From Vicinamibacteria bacterium (lineage in GTDB: Bacteria; Acidobacteriota; Vicinamibacteria; Vicinamibacterales; JAENWD01), in NCBI GenBank assembly GCA_963697705.1, contig CAVOPA010000003.1:832176-896175 (forward strand): DNA of 64,000 bases, given 5' to 3'. This document shows, in pieces, positions 54,490 through 62,432 of this stretch; position 1 is the first letter of the stretch, and each line of letters opens with the position of its first letter. The notes beneath the pieces were generated by a model. The model was not told the DNA's origin. It ran no database searches and saw nothing but the letters and a program-made list of their open reading frames with translations. The position numbers were made by a program, and so were the translations under genes.

Positions 54490-56139
54490 ATGCGACGTGT
54501 GACAGGAGTGCTCCTTTGCCTGACGCTGCTCTTTCCCGTGTCACAAGGGGCCAGCACTCCCCCGCCCGAGCGCCCAAAGCTGGTGGTGGTGCTCGTCGTC
54601 GACCAGATGCGGAACGACTACGTCGATGATTACGGTGGGCACTGGACGAAGGGGTTGCGCCGCCTCATCACGGACGGCGCCCGGTTCCGCAACGCGGCGT
54701 ACCCGTACTTCAACACCGTCACCTGTGCCGGGCACGCCACGATCTCCACCGGAACGGTACCCGCGGTCCACGGGATCATCCTCAACCAGTGGTGGCATCG
54801 AGACGAGCAGAAGGAACTGACGTGTACGGACGACCCCGCAGCGCCGACGATCCGGTACGGCAGCGGCCAACCGAGCGGCGGCCACAGCGCCAAGCGGCTG
54901 CGCGTACCGAGCTTCGCGCAGACGCTCGATCGCGCCCAGGCCGACCGGGCGCACGTCGTGACGATGTCGATGAAGCCGCGAAGCGCGATCATGCTGGCCG
55001 GCGGAAAGGCCGACGCGGTGACGTGGTTCGAGGGCAGGAGCTTCGCGACGTCGGCGGCCTTCAGCCCGGGACGTGTGCCGTTCGTGCAGCAGTTCACCGC
55101 GTCGTCGCCGGTCGAGCGCGATCTCGGGAAGACGTGGGAGCGGCTGCTGCCGCTCACGGCATACAAGTACGCAGACGATGCGGAGGGAGAGAAGCCGCAG
55201 AAGGGCTGGACGCGGGTGTTCCCGCACGCTCTCGGGACGTCTGGAAACCCATCCGACGAGTTCTACGGCCAATGGACGGCGAGTCCATTCTCGGATGCGT
55301 ACCTCGAGCAGATGGCGGAGGCCGCGATCGACGGCCTGGCGCTCGGGCAGGGCACGACAACCGATTTCCTCGGCGTGAGCTTCTCGGCGCTCGACAGCGT
55401 GGGCCACAAGTTCGGGCCGCGCAGCCACGAGGTGCAGGACCTGCTGGCGCGGCTGGACGTCACGATCGGCCGCCTGCTCGATCACCTGGACGCGCGCGTT
55501 GGGCGCGGCAAGTACGTGGTCGCCCTGTCCGCCGACCACGGCGTGGCCGTCATCCCAGAGCAACTGAGACGCGAGGGCCAGGATGCTGGCCGCGCGGTCA
55601 TGGAAGCGGCATCGGCCCGCGCAGAATCGGCAGCTGCCGCTGCACTGGGGCCGGGTAAGTACGTCGCTCGCATGAACTACACCAACCTCTACTTCCGTCC
55701 CGGCGTGTTCGAACGCTTGTCGGCGCCGGCGGCGCGGCTCGCGGCGGTCATGCAGCAGATCCAGCAGGTACCCGGCGTGCTGCGGGTGATCGACAGCCGC
55801 ACGCTCGATCCGCATGCGGACACCCCCGACCCGTTGCTGCACGCCGTCGCGCTCAGCGAGTTCCCGGGGCGCAGCGGGGACCTGCTCGTGCTCCCGAAGA
55901 CGAACTGGATCTGGGTCGCCGACGATGGAACCGCGACACCGGGCGACGCCACCACGCACGGCACCGCGTATCCGTACGACACGCGCGTGCCGCTGCTGTT
56001 GTTCGGCGTCGGTGTGCGCCCGGGGCAGTACGAACAGTCAGCCACGCCGGCGGACATCGCACCGACACTCGCGAAGATCTGCGGCATCGCGCTGCCATCG
56101 GCGACAGGCCGGGCGCTTACGGAAGCCGTCGGACCATGA
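54490..56139 (+). CDS. Alkaline-phosphatase-superfamily protein (type I phosphodiesterase / nucleotide pyrophosphatase-like)
   Basis: LVVVLVVDQMRNDY, TVTCAGHATISTGTVPAVHGII, LDSVGHKFGP, LSADHG. Confidence 0.85.
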   Translation: MRRVTGVLLCLTLLFPVSQGASTPPPERPKLVVVLVVDQMRNDYVDDYGGHWTKGLRRLITDGARFRNAAYPYFNTVTCAGHATISTGTVPAVHGIILNQWWHRDEQKELTCTDDPAAPTIRYGSGQPSGGHSAKRLRVPSFAQTLDRAQADRAHVVTMSMKPRSAIMLAGGKADAVTWFEGRSFATSAAFSPGRVPFVQQFTASSPVERDLGKTWERLLPLTAYKYADDAEGEKPQKGWTRVFPHALGTSGNPSDEFYGQWTASPFSDAYLEQMAEAAIDGLALGQGTTTDFLGVSFSALDSVGHKFGPRSHEVQDLLARLDVTIGRLLDHLDARVGRGKYVVALSADHGVAVIPEQLRREGQDAGRAVMEAASARAESAAAAALGPGKYVARMNYTNLYFRPGVFERLSAPAARLAAVMQQIQQVPGVLRVIDSRTLDPHADTPDPLLHAVALSEFPGRSGDLLVLPKTNWIWVADDGTATPGDATTHGTAYPYDTRVPLLLFGVGVRPGQYEQSATPADIAPTLAKICGIALPSATGRALTEAVGP

Positions 56140-56145
56140 GCCCCT

Positions 56146-56220
56146 GCAATTCGGAACGCGGAGTACGGAGTTCGCAATTCGGTCGGAGTTTGGGCTTCGG
56201 ACAGCCAGGTACGGAGCTCA
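56146..56220 (+). repeat. CGGA-word tract upstream of the MGMT-like gene
   Basis: gcaattcggaacgcggagtacggagttcgcaattcggtcggagtttgggcttcggac. Shares TTCGCAATTCGG with 57046-57128 and ggagtttgggcttcgg with 31365-31380. Confidence 0.7.
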
Positions 56221-56352
56221 GGAAGGAAGAAGGGTTGCCGCTTACACACCTCGATTCCGGGTCCACCACGAACGGCTGCGAGCGGTTCGCACACGCGTTC
56301 GGTGGGCAGCACTCTGCCCCTGAACCGCAGGCTTGATCGAAGGTGGTGAACG

Positions 56353-56724
56353 GTGAACCGTCAACGGCCAACGAAACAGCAGGACCAGTCGACTTTCACG
56401 CGTCAGGTGCTGTCGCTCGTGTGCCGCATTCCTGTAGGGCGGGTGGCGAGCTACGGCGACATCGCGGCAGCAGCGGGACGTCCGCGGGCGTACCGGGCGG
56501 TGGGGAACATCATGGCAACGTGCACGCGTCCTGGCGTGCCGTGCCACCGGGTCATCGCCGCGGGCGGGCGGCTCGGCGGCTTTGGCGGCAACCTGGCGCT
56601 CAAGCGGGCCCTGCTCATCAGCGAAGGGGTGGTCGTGTCCGGAATGCGAGTGAAAGACTGGAAAACTCGCAGCTGGAAGCGCGCTGGCAGCGATGCGGAC
56701 CGTCGCGTCGGACGCGTACGGTAA
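56353..56724 (+). CDS. MGMT-family DNA-binding protein (methylated-DNA--protein-cysteine methyltransferase C-terminal domain)
   Basis: IPVGRVASYGDIA...RAVGNIM...VPCHRVI...GGF. Confidence 0.85.
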   Translation: MNRQRPTKQQDQSTFTRQVLSLVCRIPVGRVASYGDIAAAAGRPRAYRAVGNIMATCTRPGVPCHRVIAAGGRLGGFGGNLALKRALLISEGVVVSGMRVKDWKTRSWKRAGSDADRRVGRVR

Positions 56725-56794
56725 GCACCAACCCAGGTTCCGAATTCGGAGAATCGGCTGGCCAGGAACCGAGTCCCCGGCCAGCCTCGCCACG

Positions 56795-57004
56795 TCAGTC
56801 CTTCAGGTCGTCGACGGCGTCGCTCAGTTTCTCTCCAGCCCGCCCGACCTTCTGGCGAATGTCGCCCTTCGCCTGATCCATTTCGCCGTCCGCCGCCCAG
56901 TCGTCGCGGCCTGTGAGGTCACCCGCCGCTTCCTTCATCTGCCCCTTCGTCTTCTCCGCGGCTCCCTTGACCTGCTGCTTCATCGACTCGTCTTTCAGGC
57001 TCAT
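56795..57004 (-). CDS. CsbD-family stress protein
   Basis: MSLKDESMKQQVKGAAEKTKGQMKEAAGDLTG...GEMDQAKGDIRQKVG. Confidence 0.85.
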   Translation of the reverse strand: MSLKDESMKQQVKGAAEKTKGQMKEAAGDLTGRDDWAADGEMDQAKGDIRQKVGRAGEKLSDAVDDLKD

Positions 57005-57045
57005 GCGATCCTCCTCGGACCGTGTTGATTTCAACATCTGTACCC

Positions 57046-57128
57046 CATTCGCAATTCGGAATTCGGAATGCGGCGCTCGGAATTAGAGCCGACTTCGGAG
57101 CGCGGAGTGCGGAAAGCGAGGCACGGAG
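57046..57128 (+). repeat. CGGA-word tract beside csbD
   Basis: cattcgcaattcggaattcggaatgcggcgctcggaattagagccgacttcggagcgcggagtgcggaaagcgagg. Confidence 0.7.
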
Positions 57129-57204
57129 GGGTGAACCGAGTAAGTTGCTCACCTCGACGGCCAAGCTGCTTCGCCAGTCCGGAGCCCTCGCTCGTGAAAC
57201 ACGC

Positions 57205-57262
57205 CCCTTAGCCTTTAGTCTTCAGCTTTAGCTCCTGGACTACGCTTCAGCCCCTCTGTCCT
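57205..57262. repeat. One-armed CTTAGCC-word tract
   Basis: cccttagcctttagtcttcagctttagctcctggactacgcttcagcccc. Same word family as 9851-9900 and 26486-26515. Confidence 0.6.
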
Positions 57263-57374
57263 CCGAACATTGCCTCGAAGTGGCCGTATTCACAGTGTCG
57301 AGTAATTACGGGACCGTCCTCGGCGGCAGGCAACGCTGCAACCGGGCCGTTCCGTCTAAGCAGGCAAGGATGGC

Positions 57375-57941
57375 GTGACGTCCGACGAAGCCGACCTGAT
57401 AGACCGCTGCAAACGCCGCGAGCCCGGAGCGTTCGAGCAACTGTACCGATTGCACGCGGGCAGGGTGTACAACCTGGCATGCCGGCTGACGGGCAGCCTG
57501 TCGGATGGTGAAGACCTGATGCAGGAGATTTTCGTGCAGGTCTTTCGCAAACTCGACGGATTCAAGGGAGAGTCGGCCGTGGGCACGTGGATCTACCGGC
57601 TGGCGACGAACCAGTGCCTCGATTTCCTGCGCGGACGCGAGGCGCAGAATCGTAAGGTTACCGATCCCATCGAAAACGAGGACACGCTGCGGCCGCAGGC
57701 TGCACGCCCGATGCGGGCGGATCGCCTCGACCTCGAGCGGGCGATTGCGCGGCTGGCGCCGGGGTATCGGGCCGCATTCGTGCTGCACGACGTCGAAGGG
57801 TTCGAACACCACGAGGTGGCCTCGATCCTGGGCATTGCCGAAGGCACCTCGAAGTCGCAGGTGCACAAGGCGCGCCTGAAGATTCGCGAGTACCTCACCG
57901 CCGGCCGGCCGCTCGAGGCCGCAGGCCGCTTCCGTGGGTGA
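57375..57941 (+). CDS. ECF (sigma-70 family) RNA polymerase sigma factor
   Basis: Region 2 FEQLYRLHAGRVYNLACRLTG...DLMQEIFVQVFRKLDGF. Region 4 YRAAFVLHDVEGFEHHEVASILGIAEGTSKSQVHKARLKIREYL. Confidence 0.9.
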   Translation: MTSDEADLIDRCKRREPGAFEQLYRLHAGRVYNLACRLTGSLSDGEDLMQEIFVQVFRKLDGFKGESAVGTWIYRLATNQCLDFLRGREAQNRKVTDPIENEDTLRPQAARPMRADRLDLERAIARLAPGYRAAFVLHDVEGFEHHEVASILGIAEGTSKSQVHKARLKIREYLTAGRPLEAAGRFRG

Positions 57942-57960
57942 CGGAAGCCGGGAACAAACC

Positions 57961-58680
57961 ATGAGCTGCGATCGCGACGACGATATCAACCGGCTGATTG
58001 ACGGTTCGCTCGAACCGGCGGCACGGCGCGACGTCGAGGCGCACCTGCATTCGTGCGACGAGTGCGCGGCGATGGCCGACGACCTGCGGCGCGTCCGCGC
58101 GCTCGCCGGGTCGCTCGAGCGGCTCGAGCCGCCGAGCGCGGCATGGGACCGCGTCGCGCGCCGAACGGTGGCGCCGCTCCAGGGGCGGCTCCTCTGGATG
58201 TCTCGCGCGCGCCGTGCCGTGGTGCCACTGGCGACGGCGGCGTGCCTCGTGCTCGCCGTTGGCCTCGTCTACCTCTGGAACCGCCCGTCGCCGCCCGCAC
58301 CAGGCACGCGGACGGCAGTCGAGGCGCCTCGGACGAGCAGCGAAGTGACCGGCTCGGTCGAAGCCGAGCTGCGGCAGGCCGCGCTGCACTACGAGAATGC
58401 GATCCATGGTCTCGAGGCGCTGGCCAAGGAACAGGAAGGCGTGGATCCGCAGGTTGCGGCGACGCTCCAGAAGAACCTGCAGCTGATCGATCAGGCGATC
58501 GGTGAGAGCCGCGCGGCGCTTGCGCGCGAGCCAGCCAGCGGGCCGGCACAACAGAGCCTGTTCGAAGCGTTCCGCACGAAGATTGCCTTCCTGCAGGACA
58601 CCATCGCGCTCGTCAACGAAATGCGGAAGGGAAACCAGGCCGAGGCGGCCCGAATCGCCGAAGGTCTCAAGAAGTCATGA
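57961..58680 (+). CDS. Anti-sigma factor (zf-HC2 type), single-pass membrane
   Basis: MSCDRDDDINRLIDGSLEPAARRDVEAHLHSCDECAAMADDL, then TM VVPLATAACLVLAVGLVYL. Confidence 0.8.
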   Translation: MSCDRDDDINRLIDGSLEPAARRDVEAHLHSCDECAAMADDLRRVRALAGSLERLEPPSAAWDRVARRTVAPLQGRLLWMSRARRAVVPLATAACLVLAVGLVYLWNRPSPPAPGTRTAVEAPRTSSEVTGSVEAELRQAALHYENAIHGLEALAKEQEGVDPQVAATLQKNLQLIDQAIGESRAALAREPASGPAQQSLFEAFRTKIAFLQDTIALVNEMRKGNQAEAARIAEGLKKS

Positions 58681-59828
58681 AGGCACCAGCCATGCGCGTC
58701 ACACCGTCACTCGTCGTCACGTCATTCTGCGTGCTGCTCGGCACCGGCGCGGCGGCTGAGGGCCCATTCCCACGGGCCGTTTCGTCCCCGCCCTCGGCGG
58801 CGGCCTCGCCGAGGCCCGCCTGGTTCGAGCGGTTCCAGGAGTCCCGCAGCGGTCCGGAGAGCAGCGACCGCTGGAGCCGGACGTTCAAGGTGGGGCCGTC
58901 CGGCTCGCTCGATCTTTCCAACGTGGCCGGCGACATCACCGTCACCGGCGGCGCCGGCGACGAGATTCACGTCGAAGCCGTCAAGCGGGTGCGTGCGCAC
59001 GACGCGGCCGAAGCGAAGAAACAGCTGGAGGCGGTCACGATCGAGGCCGCCGAGCGCGCAGGGCGCGTCGAGATTACGACGTCCTATCCGCAGAAGCAGA
59101 ACATTCAAATAGAGGTGGACTACACCGTCCAGGTGCCCGCAGCGACGACCGTGTCGCTGCGCAGCGTGTCCGGCAGCCTTCAGCTGACGGGTCTCAAGGG
59201 CGAGGCCCGCCTCGAAACCGTGAGCGGCGACGTGACCACCGCCAACAGCGGACAGCTCGCGCGGGTCAAGAGCGTGTCTGGGGACGTCTCCGTGACCGAA
59301 GGCGGGGCCGGCGACGTGCTCAGCCTCGGGACGGTGAGCGGGAACCTCGTCGTGAAGCGCCTGAAGGCGCACACTCTCGAGGTACAGACGATCAGCGGCG
59401 ACCTGTTGCTCGCCGACACCGTTTGCGATCGCGTGCTCGCCAAGTCGGTGAGCGGCGACCTGCAGTTCAGCGGCCCCCTCGCGAAGACCGGCCGCTACGA
59501 GTTCAACACGCACTCGGGCGACGTGAGACTCGCCGTGCAGGGCTCCATCGGCTTCGAGCTCACCGCCAACACCTTCAGCGGCGAGCTCCGGTCCGACCTC
59601 CAGCTGGCGGGCCGCGGAGGCGACAGCAGCGCCGTCGCGGCCGGCGACGGCGATCGCCACCACGGCCCACGCCGCCAGGAACTGCGCGGCACGTTCGGCG
59701 ACGGCAGTGCCCTCATGGTCGTTCAGACGTTCAGCGGAGACGTGCTCGTCACCAGCGGCGCCGCGGACAGGCGCAACGGTCAAAAGGACAAAGAGAAGCA
59801 GAAGGACAAAGACAGGGATCAGGAGTAG
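58677..59828 (+). CDS. DUF4097-like beta-strand-repeat protein (putative adhesin fold)
   Basis: Signal. Repeated VSGSL/VSGDV/ISGDL/FSGDV units every ~20 aa. Lys/Asp-rich tail KDKEKQKDKDRDQE. Start overlaps the anti-sigma stop (ATGA). Confidence 0.8.
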   Translation: MKAPAMRVTPSLVVTSFCVLLGTGAAAEGPFPRAVSSPPSAAASPRPAWFERFQESRSGPESSDRWSRTFKVGPSGSLDLSNVAGDITVTGGAGDEIHVEAVKRVRAHDAAEAKKQLEAVTIEAAERAGRVEITTSYPQKQNIQIEVDYTVQVPAATTVSLRSVSGSLQLTGLKGEARLETVSGDVTTANSGQLARVKSVSGDVSVTEGGAGDVLSLGTVSGNLVVKRLKAHTLEVQTISGDLLLADTVCDRVLAKSVSGDLQFSGPLAKTGRYEFNTHSGDVRLAVQGSIGFELTANTFSGELRSDLQLAGRGGDSSAVAAGDGDRHHGPRRQELRGTFGDGSALMVVQTFSGDVLVTSGAADRRNGQKDKEKQKDKDRDQE

Positions 59829-59866
59829 GCGCTGCGGGCTCCGGGCCGGAGCTCTGGCCTCCGACT

Positions 59867-60097
59867 GGTGCTGGGCTGGGCTGATGGGCTGTGCGCGGGC
59901 AGCGGCTCGAGGCTGGGGCACTCCGGGCTGGTCGTGACGGCGACGGCGCTCCGCCTGCCGGTCGTCGCAAAGCGCGACAGTAGCCGTACGGAAATCCGCT
60001 CCCCTGCCCTCGCTCGACAACAGGTATCATCTCTAAGACGTGCGCGGTCCCTCGGTTTTTCTGAACGCCCTGCAGTGCCAGCCTCCAGCCCCAGCCC
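59867..60097. repeat. Word palindrome, GGGCTGG-type arms around a ~180-nt core
   Basis: Left ggtgctggggctgggctgatgggctg-like tract (59867-59895, plus ggctcgaggctggggc at 59904-59919). Right ccagcctccagccccagccc (60078-60097). Confidence 0.5.
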
Positions 60098-60224
60098 TTT
60101 CAGCTGGTGGAATGCGGTTTGCTGCTCAGGCGGTGTTCTGGTGTCTCCGCTCCGACGACGATCCCTCGGGCCGTCTACTGGGGGGCGGGCTTTCGGACTG
60201 GGTCCATCCACAGGAGGCAATCCA

Positions 60225-60728
60225 ATGAAGCAGGTAGTCCTCGCTGGCCTCGTTGCTGGCGCACTCGCGGCAGGGCAGCCCGGAGTGGCCTTCGCGCAGG
60301 CAACGGCCGGCAGTACGGAGCACAAGACGGCGGGCGCCGCGGCCAAAACCGGCCCGGCGAAAACCGCGTCCGCTCCCGGCGGCGCCACCTCGCTCGGGTC
60401 GGTGCGGATCACGCACGCCGTGAAAGCCAACGGCGAACCCCTCAAACCGGGTACCTACAGCGTGCGGCTCACGCCGGAAGAAGCCAAGCCCGATGTGAAG
60501 GGTCAGACGGCGGGGCTCGAGCGCTGGGTCGAGTTCCTGCAGGGCAACCAGGTGAAAGGACGCGAGGTCGTCAGCATCGTGCCCGACACCGAGATCGCCC
60601 AGGTCGCCGAGGGCAAACGCGTGCCGAGCGGCAGCTCACGCGTCGAAATGCTGAAGGGCAACGAATACGTGCGCGTGTGGATCAACCGCGGAGGGAACAA
60701 CTATCTGATTCACCTGCCGCCGGCGTAA
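60225..60728 (+). CDS. Small secreted hypothetical protein
   Basis: GGAGG RBS then MKQVVLAGLVAGALAAGQPGVAFAQA. Coding-like remainder. No family recognised. Confidence 0.6.
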   Translation: MKQVVLAGLVAGALAAGQPGVAFAQATAGSTEHKTAGAAAKTGPAKTASAPGGATSLGSVRITHAVKANGEPLKPGTYSVRLTPEEAKPDVKGQTAGLERWVEFLQGNQVKGREVVSIVPDTEIAQVAEGKRVPSGSSRVEMLKGNEYVRVWINRGGNNYLIHLPPA

Positions 60729-60730
60729 CG

Positions 60731-60819
60731 AAATGTCGGATGCAGGATGGCGGATGCCGGATGCCAGAAAGTCCTTGGCGTCACATTCGACATCCAGCAT
60801 CCGACATCCCGCATCCTCT
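60731..60819. repeat. Word palindrome, GGATGNCG-type, between convergent genes
   Basis: Left aaatgtcggatgcaggatggcggatgccggatgccag. Loop aaagtccttggcgtcac. Right attcgacatccagcatccgacatcccgcatcctct, abutting the rng stop at 60818. Confidence 0.8.
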
Positions 60820-62341
60820 ACCCCACCGCCATCACGTCGAACTGCTCGTGGTGGAGGTGGGTGTCGGGTTGGATCGTGACTTCCTTGCCAAGCACCACGC
60901 GGAGATCTTTCAAGACCGCGATCTCTTCTTCCTTCAGCGCCCGCGCGATGTCCGGGTTGACCCGGAGCACCACCGCGTGGCCGTTCAGCTCCGCGCCGAG
61001 CTTCTTCACTTCCGCCAGGATCTCGTAGCAGATCGTCGAGCTCGCCTTGATGACGCCGCTGCCCGAGCAGTACGGACAGGGCTCGGTCAGCACCCGTTCG
61101 AGGCTCTGCTTCACGCGCTTGCGGGTAATCACGATCAGACCGAAGTCCGACACCTGCAGCGCCTTGGACGGCGCGCGATCGTGTTTCAACTCCTGTTCGA
61201 GCGCCTGGAAGACCTTCTGGCGGTTCTTGCGGTCTTCCATGTCGATGAAATCCAGCACGATGATCCCGCCGAGATCCCGCAGCCGGATCTGCCGCACGAT
61301 CTCCTTGGCGGCCTCGAGGTTCGTCTTGACGATGGTGTCTTCGAGTCGCCCGGCCGTGCGCTTTCCGACGTAGCGTCCGGTGTTGACGTCGATGGCGACC
61401 AGGGCTTCCGTCTGGTTGATCACGATAGAGCCGCCGGACTTCAGCCACACCTTGCTTCGGAGCGCCTTGTCGAGCTCGGCCTGGACTCCGTATTCCTCGA
61501 AGATGGGAAACGGCTTGTCGTACAGCTTTACGCGCGGCGCGAGCGCGGGCAGGATCCGCTCGACGAGCTGCAGCACTCGCTGGTGCTCCTGGGGATGATC
61601 GATGCGAACCGCGGAGAACTCCTCGGTGAGCAGATCGCGCAGCAGCTTTGCCACGAGGCTGTCCTCGCGGTAGACAACCGCCGGGGCACGGAGGGCGTCG
61701 GTCTTCTTCCGCACCTCGGTCCAGATGCGGTTGAAGTAGTCGAGATCGACCACGATGTCGTCTTTCGAGCGGCCGGCGGCGGCCGTGCGGATGATGATGC
61801 CGCCAGTGAACCCCTGCTGCTCGCGGTACTCGCGCACGATCCCGCGCAGCCGCGCGCGTTCGTCGCGTGATTCGATCTTCCGCGACACGCCGATGTGATC
61901 GACCGTCGGCATGAACACGAGGAAGCGGCCGGCGAGGGATGCATGCGATGTCAGCCGCGCACCCTTCGTGCCGAGCGGCTCTTTGGCCACCTGCGCGAGC
62001 ACTTCCTGCCCCTCCCGGAGCAGGTCCTCGATTTTCGGCTCCTCGCGCGGCCCCTTGGCCCCCTCCTCTTTCTTGTCTTCGCTCTCCTCGTCGGGATCGA
62101 GCTTCTCGAACTCCTCGTTGACCACGTCCGACACGTACAGGAACCCGTCCCGCTCGAGCCCGATGTCCACGAACGCCGACTGCATGCCGGGCAGGACCTT
62201 CGAAACGCGTCCCTTGTAGATGTTGCCGACGACCCCGCGCTGCCGTTCCCGCTCGACGAAGATCTCGCTGACGAGATCGTCTTCGAGGATCGCGACGCGC
62301 GTCTCGTGGTCGTTCGAGCAGATGATCATCTCCTTGTTCAT
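60818..62341 (-). CDS. rng: Rne/Rng-family ribonuclease (RNase G-like)
   Basis: S1 domain GNIYKGRVSKVLPGMQSAFVDIG, ITRKRV, GGIIVLDFIDM, CPYCSGSG. Confidence 0.9.
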   Translation of the reverse strand: MNKEMIICSNDHETRVAILEDDLVSEIFVERERQRGVVGNIYKGRVSKVLPGMQSAFVDIGLERDGFLYVSDVVNEEFEKLDPDEESEDKKEEGAKGPREEPKIEDLLREGQEVLAQVAKEPLGTKGARLTSHASLAGRFLVFMPTVDHIGVSRKIESRDERARLRGIVREYREQQGFTGGIIIRTAAAGRSKDDIVVDLDYFNRIWTEVRKKTDALRAPAVVYREDSLVAKLLRDLLTEEFSAVRIDHPQEHQRVLQLVERILPALAPRVKLYDKPFPIFEEYGVQAELDKALRSKVWLKSGGSIVINQTEALVAIDVNTGRYVGKRTAGRLEDTIVKTNLEAAKEIVRQIRLRDLGGIIVLDFIDMEDRKNRQKVFQALEQELKHDRAPSKALQVSDFGLIVITRKRVKQSLERVLTEPCPYCSGSGVIKASSTICYEILAEVKKLGAELNGHAVVLRVNPDIARALKEEEIAVLKDLRVVLGKEVTIQPDTHLHHEQFDVMAVG

Positions 62342-62432
62342 CGATGGCACTCCCGGCGACGGCGGGGGGCCGGTGGACCGGGCGGCCGCGCGCTCGCGGC
62401 GCGCCGCCGCAGCGGTCCCCCATATCGCCGCG

